Positions 7,936 to 15,192 of a stretch of 32,376 nucleotides of DNA are shown one piece after another. The stretch lies in IMG/VR virus record IMGVR_UViG_3300032277_001235, positions 1-32,376 of that record. One strand, 5' to 3'. How positions within the stretch are numbered: the stretch's first letter is position 1; each line of letters begins with the position of its first letter. The notes under the pieces were generated by a model. It was not told where the DNA came from and did no database searches. It saw only the letters and a program-made list of their open reading frames with translations. Source of the stretch: a virus. Lineage: Duplodnaviria; Caudoviricetes. The position numbers and the translations under genes are program-made.

Positions 7936-8142
7936 ATGAAATTAAAAAAATACTTAGAAAAAGAAAAACATACACAAATGTCTTTTATAGATCAGATAGA
8001 AATGGCTAAGGGTGTAAAAATACCACAAGGCACATTTGCAAAATGGATAACTGGCTCTCGCATACCTAGAAAAAAAGAAATGCTAATACTGTTAGATATA
8101 ACAGAAGGCAATGTACAGCCAAATGATTTTTATATTGACTAA
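7936..8142 (+). CDS. Cro/CI-like HTH transcriptional regulator
   Basis: MKLKKYL...QGTFAKWITGSRIPR...ITEGNVQPNDFY, typical of Cro-like phage proteins; divergent position. Confidence 0.85.
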   Translation: MKLKKYLEKEKHTQMSFIDQIEMAKGVKIPQGTFAKWITGSRIPRKKEMLILLDITEGNVQPNDFYID

Positions 8143-8540
8143 TGAAAAAAGGCTTCACTTGTGGCGCTTTTGATTTATTGCATGCAGGACACATAGTTAT
8201 GCTTATGGAAGCAAAAGAAAATTGTGATTATCTTATTGTAGGATTGCAAACAGATCCATCTTTAGATAGAAAAGAAAAAAACAAACCAGTACAGTCTATT
8301 TATGAAAGATACACACAATTAAATGCCATAAAATATATAGATGAAATATTGCCATACGATACTGAAAAAAGTTTATTGGATTTATTAGAAGCCACTGAAA
8401 TAGATATAAGGTTTGTAGGCGATGATTATGCTGATAAAAAATTTACAGGTCATGGTTTGCATGAAACTTATTACACTAGTAGAAAACATAGTTTCTCTAC
8501 AACAACTCTAAGGGAAAGGATAAAAAATGTTAGAAATTAA
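8142..8540 (+). CDS. Cytidylyltransferase (TagD/glycerol-3-phosphate cytidylyltransferase-like)
   Basis: GAFDLLHAGH (HxGH), LIVGLQTDP, ER..QL, VGDDY and RKHSFSTTTLR motifs. Confidence 0.9.
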   Translation: MKKGFTCGAFDLLHAGHIVMLMEAKENCDYLIVGLQTDPSLDRKEKNKPVQSIYERYTQLNAIKYIDEILPYDTEKSLLDLLEATEIDIRFVGDDYADKKFTGHGLHETYYTSRKHSFSTTTLRERIKNVRN

Positions 8541-9144
8541 AAATCAAAAAATAAAAAATATAAAAAAACACGAAAACAACCCAAGAAAACATACTGACAA
8601 GCAAATAAACCAAATAAGCAAATCTATACAAGAATTTGGTTTTACAAATCCAATTTTAATAGACGAAAACAAAACAATTATTGCAGGTCATGGTAGATAT
8701 ATGGCAGCCAAAAAATTAAGTTTAGAAGAAATACCAACAATAACTTTAAAAAATTTAACTGATGAACAGATAAAGGCTTTAATGATTGCTGATAACAAAT
8801 TAGGCATGAACAGTACATGGGATGAAGATTTGTTATGGAAACAAATAGAAGAACTTAATAACGGTACCTTTGATATAGAGTTACTAGGTTTTGATAAAGA
8901 ACAAATAATACCTTTTGTACAAGACGAAGCACTAATTAATGATGTCTTGGCAGAGTGGGAAGGCATGCCTGAATTTGTATCTGAAGATAAAACCGCATAT
9001 AGAAGTGTAATCGTGCATTTTGAAAATGAAGATGATGTTGTGGCATTTCAAATGAAACTTGAACAAAGTTTTAGTGAGAAAGCAAAATATATTTGGTACC
9101 CACATAAAGAAAATATGGATACAGAAAGCAAAAGATATGAGTAA
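8527..9144 (+). CDS. ParB/Srx N-terminal domain protein with C-terminal WEGMPEF domain
   Basis: NNPRKH, SIQEFGFTNPILID, IIAGHGRY.AAKKL and IADNKL motifs; C-terminal EWEGMPEF..IVHF..YIWYP. Confidence 0.88.
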   Translation: MLEIKNQKIKNIKKHENNPRKHTDKQINQISKSIQEFGFTNPILIDENKTIIAGHGRYMAAKKLSLEEIPTITLKNLTDEQIKALMIADNKLGMNSTWDEDLLWKQIEELNNGTFDIELLGFDKEQIIPFVQDEALINDVLAEWEGMPEFVSEDKTAYRSVIVHFENEDDVVAFQMKLEQSFSEKAKYIWYPHKENMDTESKRYE

Positions 9145-10012
9145 TCCTTATTATCCACTTTTTATACCATCTAAAGGCAGAGCAGATACTAGATATACAG
9201 CAAAATATTTAGACTATATGAAAGTGCCATATAGATTGGTAATAGAGCCACAAGAATATAAAGAATATTTATCAGAAGTAGGTGATAAGAAAAAATTGTT
9301 GGTTCTTGATATGTCATATAAAGAAAAGTACGAGTTATGTGACGATCTAGGTTTAAGCAAGTCAACTGGACCAGGACCAGCAAGAAATTTTGCATGGGAT
9401 GTTTCTATAGCAGAGGGTTATAAATATCATTGGGTAATGGATGACAATATAAGAAGTTTTAGACGCTTAAATTACAATGAAAAAGTAAAGGTAACAAACG
9501 GCAGCATCTTTGCTGCAATGGAAGAATTTGCACAACGCTATACAAATCTTGGTATGTGTGGACCTAATTACACTTTTTTTGCACCTGCAACACAGAAACG
9601 ACCACCTTTTGTTATGAATACAAGAATATACTCATGCAATTTAATAAAGAACGACATACCTTTTAGGTGGAGAGGTAGATATAACGAAGATACAATTTTA
9701 TCTTTAGATATTTTAACGGCAGGAATGTGTACAGTGCAATTTAATGCATTCTTGCAAGAAAAAATTACTACACAAGTAGTAAGAGGTGGCAACTCTGCCG
9801 AGTTTTACGACAATGAAGGTACTTTAGCAAAATCTAAAATGCAGGTTAAGGTTTACCCTGACTATTCAAGAATTGTAAAAAAATACGGCAGAATACATCA
9901 TTATGTAGATTACAACCCATTTAAAAAAAACAGGCTTATTAGAAAAGAAGATGTTGTAATACCAAAAAAATCACTGCATGAAATGAAATTAAAAATTTCT
10001 AAATCTAGCTAA
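9137..10012 (+). CDS. GREB1-like / TET-associated (TAGT) GT-A glycosyltransferase, DNA base-modifying family
   Basis: IPSKGRA, ARNFAWD, WVMDDNI (DxD-like), YSCNLI, RYNEDT.LSL and GGN motifs; ATG at 9137 overlaps the ParB gene end. Confidence 0.8.
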   Translation: MSNPYYPLFIPSKGRADTRYTAKYLDYMKVPYRLVIEPQEYKEYLSEVGDKKKLLVLDMSYKEKYELCDDLGLSKSTGPGPARNFAWDVSIAEGYKYHWVMDDNIRSFRRLNYNEKVKVTNGSIFAAMEEFAQRYTNLGMCGPNYTFFAPATQKRPPFVMNTRIYSCNLIKNDIPFRWRGRYNEDTILSLDILTAGMCTVQFNAFLQEKITTQVVRGGNSAEFYDNEGTLAKSKMQVKVYPDYSRIVKKYGRIHHYVDYNPFKKNRLIRKEDVVIPKKSLHEMKLKISKSS

Positions 10013-11723
10013 TATTAAAATTATCTATGTATGCAGTTTCCCAATCATCATCAACATTATGGTATTTAACAAAACACCTTTGATCTGTATCGTATTTAAA
10101 CTTTGCTTCGCCTATTTTTCCATATAGGTCTTGTTCTCGTATTTTTCTTGTTATTACATTGGTTGAATTGTCGTCAAAGTCTCTATGTACTGTGAGAACT
10201 GCATCTGCTTGATTATGCCAATGTGCAGCACCACTGATGTCATATGCCGTAGGTGGTAAATAACTGCCATCATTTGTTTTAGGTAGTTTTGTAGGGTGTG
10301 CTATAACCCAACATACAACCTCATAAATTCTAGTAAACCTTTTACACAAAGAAATAAAATCACGAATATGCTCATCTTCTCTTTGATTGCCTTGTCTTAC
10401 TGCTGAAACTTCGTTAAAAGGGTCAATAACCAAACCATTAATACCATGTTTATATATTGCAGATTTAGCAATAGAAAGTATTAAATCAATAGAGGGTATT
10501 GCATCTTTAGTTTCTATAAAGTAAAAATGCTTGTGTATAAAATCTAAGGCTTTGTTTAACTCTGCTTTGGTCATTCTATTCTTTAGACCTTCATCAAAAG
10601 GTTTTTTAAGATACATTTGCACCAATCTTCTTATATGCATTGACGTACTATGTTCAGGTGAAAACATTGCAAAAGACCAACCATGTGTTTCTGCAAGTTT
10701 TAATAATATTTGATCTGTAAATACAGACTTACCATGATTTGGTATTCCTGTAATAACATGAAAAGTACCTGTCATAACTTTGTATATATCGTCTAAGCCA
10801 TCCATACCTATCTCTGTAGGTCTTTCGTAATTACCCTCATATAAATCATTAAGTTGTTTTGTGTAGTCGTTAGCTGTGTATAAGCCTTCAATTGGATAAG
10901 GTGTGGCATTTTCTATAACTTCTCTTAGTTTCATAGCCCCATGTTTTATTAATACATCATTAGCATCTTTGCAATTGTCGGGTGGTGTAACAAACCAACA
11001 TATATCTTTACCAAATCTATGTAGCAATTCCTTATGTAAGGCTCTGCCACTGCTGTCATTATCAGTAAATAAAATAATCTTGGTAGCAACTAAGTTGCAA
11101 TTTTCTAATGCTTTAAATCTAGCATCTTGCTTGTCAAACTTTGCTTCTTTTGGTGCGCCATTTGGTAAAGTAGTCGCATTGTCAAAACCACATTCACCTA
11201 ATGCTAAAACATCAAACTCACCCTCAGTAAAAATTATTGTTTTCTCGTTACAAATTTTGTCGTAGTTATAAAGAATGGATTTTGCATTAGCAGATTGCCT
11301 AAATTGTTTATCTCTTGTTCTGTATTTTAGATTTGTTAGTTGTCCGTTTTCATCAAAATATTGAAAAACACACCATTCGTTTTCTTGCACTACATTAAAT
11401 CTTTCGCATGTAGATTTACTAATACCTCTTTCTTTCATGTAGTCATAAAAGCTATCTGATGGTTTCTTGGCTACTGTAGGTGGCTTTGGTTGAATATAAT
11501 TAGGTTTCTTATAAGGTTGATATAAAGAACCAGTACTGCTACCACCAGTCCATTCACAATGGTGGCACTTCCATAGAACAGTTCCATTGTCTATGGTTAC
11601 AGATAAAGGATTATCCCTTGGATTATGTGGTGGTTGACATTGTGGACATTTGGTTTTTTGATTTCCGTCTTGTTGGTGTTTTAAATTTATATTATTTTCA
11701 ATTAATGTTTTATCTATGGTCAT
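10005..11723 (-). CDS. Primase-helicase (Zn finger + TOPRIM + SF4 helicase; T7 gp4/Twinkle-like)
   Basis: CPQC..CHHC, TEGEFD, DND..G, KDAND, Walker A GIPNHGKS, VIDPFN, IAHPTK and YDISG motifs. Confidence 0.93.
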   Translation of the reverse strand: MTIDKTLIENNINLKHQQDGNQKTKCPQCQPPHNPRDNPLSVTIDNGTVLWKCHHCEWTGGSSTGSLYQPYKKPNYIQPKPPTVAKKPSDSFYDYMKERGISKSTCERFNVVQENEWCVFQYFDENGQLTNLKYRTRDKQFRQSANAKSILYNYDKICNEKTIIFTEGEFDVLALGECGFDNATTLPNGAPKEAKFDKQDARFKALENCNLVATKIILFTDNDSSGRALHKELLHRFGKDICWFVTPPDNCKDANDVLIKHGAMKLREVIENATPYPIEGLYTANDYTKQLNDLYEGNYERPTEIGMDGLDDIYKVMTGTFHVITGIPNHGKSVFTDQILLKLAETHGWSFAMFSPEHSTSMHIRRLVQMYLKKPFDEGLKNRMTKAELNKALDFIHKHFYFIETKDAIPSIDLILSIAKSAIYKHGINGLVIDPFNEVSAVRQGNQREDEHIRDFISLCKRFTRIYEVVCWVIAHPTKLPKTNDGSYLPPTAYDISGAAHWHNQADAVLTVHRDFDDNSTNVITRKIREQDLYGKIGEAKFKYDTDQRCFVKYHNVDDDWETAYIDNFNIS

Positions 11724-11727
11724 ATTA

Positions 11728-12354
11728 TTATCCTGCTAAATTATTAAGGGTACTATTCTTAATGGTTTTTTCTAAAAAGTCTAAATATCGTTGTTGGTTT
11801 AACCATGTAGTTGCATGAGGTATAAATCTCTCCTCTGTGGTTAAGTTTTCTTGTGCAAATACTTTGGTTGCATAAATAATCTTTGAATAATGTTTTTCAT
11901 CATATTTTGCAAAAGATACACTAGCTTGATACTTTCCAACCTTTCTTGGATAGTGTTTCCAAAACAACTCAAATTCGTGTATATATTCTTTAGTATCTTC
12001 TTTAGTATTGGTGGTAACTGGTGACCCCTGCCCCTTATCTTTCATTACACTAGGGGTATGGTCATCAACAACCATAGGGTTATTATCTAGGGTTAAATGG
12101 TAACGATTAGAAGTATGACCACCATTCTCTAATTTTCTATGTTCTACCTTAAGATAGCCTAGCTGTTCAAATTCTTTTATTGCATTTTGTATTGTTTTAG
12201 TTGTATTTAAACCAATAAGTTTTGCAATATGTTTATAAGATGGATAACAAGTACCCTTTTCGTCTGCATAGTTACCTAAGATAACTAATATTAATTTCTT
12301 GGTTGGCGATAAGCCATTAACTTTAAGTGCTTTGTTTAAGCATTCTATTGACAT
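11728..12354 (-). CDS. Phage replication initiator (N-terminal HTH, lambda O-like position)
   Basis: KLILVILGNYADEKGTCYPSYKHIA, SNRY, FELFWKHYPRKVGK and FIPHATTWLNQQRY motifs; AGGAG SD. Confidence 0.85.
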   Translation of the reverse strand: MSIECLNKALKVNGLSPTKKLILVILGNYADEKGTCYPSYKHIAKLIGLNTTKTIQNAIKEFEQLGYLKVEHRKLENGGHTSNRYHLTLDNNPMVVDDHTPSVMKDKGQGSPVTTNTKEDTKEYIHEFELFWKHYPRKVGKYQASVSFAKYDEKHYSKIIYATKVFAQENLTTEERFIPHATTWLNQQRYLDFLEKTIKNSTLNNLAG

Positions 12355-12366
12355 ATATAACTCCTG

Positions 12367-12645
12367 TTAAAATAATGTTGTTTGTAACGGCACAACGCCT
12401 TGCTCTGCACCGTTTTCTTTATAAAACCATTCTATAATTTCTTCTTGTGTAAAATCTTTATCTGTATATACAAACTCTGATCTATAACCAGTTTTTGTTA
12501 ATGGTATTGGCGTGTCATTTTCTACATGAAACTCAATATGATCCATACGACTATCTAAAGTTGTAAAATACTTAGGAGTATAAACAACCGATACTTCTAA
12601 TGACATAAATGTAAAAGTAAATTCTACATCTCTGTTATATTTCAT
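12367..12645 (-). CDS. Hypothetical protein, 92 aa
   Basis: HIEF..PIPLTKTGYRSEF; ends QTTLF; ATGA overlap upstream. Confidence 0.72.
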   Translation of the reverse strand: MKYNRDVEFTFTFMSLEVSVVYTPKYFTTLDSRMDHIEFHVENDTPIPLTKTGYRSEFVYTDKDFTQEEIIEWFYKENGAEQGVVPLQTTLF

Positions 12646-12857
12646 AAAGACAATTTATCTTGATCTACAAGATCACGAAGTTCGTCAGTTTTAAAATTCA
12701 TATATTCTTCAAAGATCGGTATTAAATTATCTTTATCACTAAATGGACTTAATGCTATAGATGTTTTTAATTCTGATCTTATTGCAAGGAATTCCCAAAC
12801 AAGCCGTTCATCAATATTGGCTTCAATATCTTCTAATATTTCTTTTGTTAAATGCAT
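12642..12857 (-). CDS. Hypothetical protein, 71 aa
   Basis: AGGA SD; coupled to the downstream gene. Confidence 0.68.
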   Translation of the reverse strand: MHLTKEILEDIEANIDERLVWEFLAIRSELKTSIALSPFSDKDNLIPIFEEYMNFKTDELRDLVDQDKLSL

Positions 12858-12870
12858 TATATTTTCCTAT

Positions 12871-12894
12871 AAAAAAGGGGGCATATAACCCCCT
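12871..12894 (-). terminator. Intrinsic terminator
   Basis: Minus strand: AGGGGG-TTATATG-CCCCCT-TTTTT, just after the stop of 12900..13265. Confidence 0.75.
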
Positions 12895-12899
12895 GTTAA

Positions 12900-13265
12900 T
12901 TAATTTAATGGTATGAACTTCATAAAGGGTTCTTCTCTATGACCTTCAGGCAACCACTCTAACTTTTCTGCAACTTGTTCTATAGTTAACATACAGTCAG
13001 TAGTACCACCATCATCTGTTTCGTTAGCGAGTATTGATCTACCACAATAGTTTTCTGCACCCAGTTTAAAGTACATGTTGTCTTTAAGTAGACCTTCATC
13101 ATCTACATACATAATGACACCACCACCAAGAGGAACTATATCAAAACAACTACATTGCATTGCTTTGTAATAATCATCTAAATTAGATTCACCAATATCT
13201 ATGTAAGATAGGCTTTGATCGTAAGGGTCAATTAGTATTACTTGGATTTTATTTTCTTCTTTCAT
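12900..13265 (-). CDS. DUF3846-like early protein
   Basis: VILIDP, IMYVDDEGLL and YCGRSIL motifs; first gene after promoter copy B. Confidence 0.7.
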   Translation of the reverse strand: MKEENKIQVILIDPYDQSLSYIDIGESNLDDYYKAMQCSCFDIVPLGGGVIMYVDDEGLLKDNMYFKLGAENYCGRSILANETDDGGTTDCMLTIEQVAEKLEWLPEGHREEPFMKFIPLN

Positions 13266-13349
13266 TTTACCTGCTCTGTGAGCGTTTAGTTAATATAGGT
13301 TACATAGTATATTGTCCATACAATAAGTAAACCTTTTTTGGAATAATAT
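13266..13349 (-). promoter_or_regulatory. Repeated early promoter/leader module, copy B
   Basis: Minus strand: TATTCCAAAAAAG-GTTTAC-N17-TACTAT-GTAACCTATATTAACTAAAC-GCTCACAGAGC-AGGTAAAATG. Confidence 0.8.
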
Positions 13350-13372
13350 ATGTATTAATTATGTAATACCCT

Positions 13373-13400
13373 TTGCATATAATCTTTTTTGGAATATTAT
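13373..13400 (+). promoter_or_regulatory. Putative terminase-operon promoter overlapped by the TTTTTTGGAATA box
   Basis: TTGCAT-N16-TATTAT, with TTTTTTGGAATATTAT covering the spacer and -10. Confidence 0.55.
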
Positions 13401-13421
13401 GTGTGTAATTAATGGTAAATA

Positions 13422-13985
13422 ATGAACAGTAAAACTAAAACATCTAAACTTACAGACACTTTAAAACTTAAAATAAGAAATGAGTTTGTTCAAGGTATTG
13501 ATGAAAACTCAGAAAGAGTCTTGTTTACTTTAGATGAATTAATTAAAAAATATAAAGTTGCACAAAGCACGATATATAGAATTGCAAGAACAGAACAATG
13601 GAAAGTGCAACGCGATCAATTCCAACAAGAGTACACAGAAAAACTTGATAGAGATAGAATCAAAGCAAGAGCAAAAGAGTCAATTAAATTTGATGATAAT
13701 TCAATTAATCTTGCAAAAGCCTTATACAGCACAGTAGGTCAAGTAATACAAAATAATAATTTAGCAATACAACAAGGCAAAAAAGGATTGCCACCATCAC
13801 AAATTAATTCACTTGCTAATGCAGCAGTTACTGCACAACGCTTAGCAAAACTTGCTCTTGGAGAAGCTACACATAATATAGATGCCACAGTCAACGAAAA
13901 CACAGACGCATTCAGAAGAGCTATGGAACTGCTTGACACAGTTGAAGAACAACGCAGAAGCCAAGGCGATAGAACTACGCACTAA
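13422..13985 (+). CDS. Terminase small subunit (putative)
   Basis: N-terminal HTH (TLDELIKKYKVAQSTIYRIA..EQW), helical body, directly upstream of TerL. Confidence 0.72.
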   Translation: MNSKTKTSKLTDTLKLKIRNEFVQGIDENSERVLFTLDELIKKYKVAQSTIYRIARTEQWKVQRDQFQQEYTEKLDRDRIKARAKESIKFDDNSINLAKALYSTVGQVIQNNNLAIQQGKKGLPPSQINSLANAAVTAQRLAKLALGEATHNIDATVNENTDAFRRAMELLDTVEEQRRSQGDRTTH

Positions 13986-15192
13986 TTGGCTAGAAACGGC
14001 TAGGGATAAACAGTTACAACCTGCGTATAAACATTACATATGGCTTATATTAGCAGGTCGTGGTTGGGGTAAGACTAGAACTGGTGCACAAGACATTGCT
14101 TTATATGCGCTAAGAAATCCAAATACCATATCGGCAGTCGTTGCACCAACTTCAGGTGATCTCAGGAGAGTATGTTTTGGTGGTCCAAGTGGTTTAGTCT
14201 CTATAATACCTAAAGAGTGTCTTTCAGTTACAAAAGACATGAAAGGGTACTCATCAAGTATAAGTGAAATACGCTTACATAACGGCTCAAAGATTGTAGG
14301 TTATGCAGCATCTGAGCCTGAGCGATTAAGAGGTCCACAGTTTCATAGGGCATGGTGTGATGAGGTTGCAGCATGGCGATACCCAGAAGCCTTTGATCAA
14401 CTTATGTTTGGTTTAAGACTAGGCAAAAATCCACAGTGCCTTATCACTACCACGCCAAAGCCTACAAAAATTATAAGAGACTTAGTTGCAAGGGAAGATG
14501 TGGCAGTTACCACTGGTAATACTTTTGAAAATGAAGATAACCTAGCTGAAAGCGCACTTGCTATGCTTAGAGATAAATATGAAGGTACTACACTAGGTAG
14601 ACAAGAATTATATGCTGAAATAATAGAAAATTTAGAAGGTGCTTTATGGACTAGTGCACTAATAGATGAAGCTAGACTACATGAAGATACGGAAAAAGAA
14701 TTAAAACAAATTATTGTAGCAATTGACCCTGCCGTAACTAGCAATGAAGATTCAGACGAAACAGGAATTGTGGTAGTTGGCAAAGACCTTAATAATGAGT
14801 ATTATGTACTTGAAGATGTTTCAGGCAAATATTCACCTGACGCATGGGCAAAAAAAGCCATTAATTGTTATTATGACTGGAGCGCTGATCGTATAGTTGC
14901 AGAAACAAACAATGGTGGAGATTTGGTGGAGAGACTATTAAGAGGAATGGATTTAAACATTCCTTATAGGTCTGTAAGAGCAACAAGAGGCAAGCTAATA
15001 AGAGCAGAGCCAATTGCAGCACTTTACGAGCAAAGGCGTGTTCATCACATTGGATATTTTCCTGAATTAGAATCACAAATGTGTAGCTATTTAGGAGAAA
15101 CAAAACCAAGCCCTGACAGATTAGATGCTTTAGTTTGGGGTATAACCGAATTAAGTAGATCAAAGGGTGACGTAAATTGGAGAATAAGCTAA
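13882..15192 (+). CDS. Terminase large subunit (start uncertain; TTG at 13933 or 13942 possible)
   Basis: Walker A AGRGWGKT, LRGPQF..AWCDE (Walker B), TTTP coupling motif, AIDPA and SPDRLDA nuclease motifs. Confidence 0.95.
   Translation: MPQSTKTQTHSEELWNCLTQLKNNAEAKAIELRTNWLETARDKQLQPAYKHYIWLILAGRGWGKTRTGAQDIALYALRNPNTISAVVAPTSGDLRRVCFGGPSGLVSIIPKECLSVTKDMKGYSSSISEIRLHNGSKIVGYAASEPERLRGPQFHRAWCDEVAAWRYPEAFDQLMFGLRLGKNPQCLITTTPKPTKIIRDLVAREDVAVTTGNTFENEDNLAESALAMLRDKYEGTTLGRQELYAEIIENLEGALWTSALIDEARLHEDTEKELKQIIVAIDPAVTSNEDSDETGIVVVGKDLNNEYYVLEDVSGKYSPDAWAKKAINCYYDWSADRIVAETNNGGDLVERLLRGMDLNIPYRSVRATRGKLIRAEPIAALYEQRRVHHIGYFPELESQMCSYLGETKPSPDRLDALVWGITELSRSKGDVNWRIS

Noticed and set aside
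9059-9136. Longer start for the glycosyltransferase
   Set aside because: TTG deep inside the ParB gene; the family-like N-terminus (YP..IPSKGR) begins right after ATG 9137.
8527-9144. ParABS partition system
   Set aside because: No ParA, no HTH after the ParB-N domain and no parS palindrome seen; it resembles ParB-N domains linked to DNA-modification enzymes.
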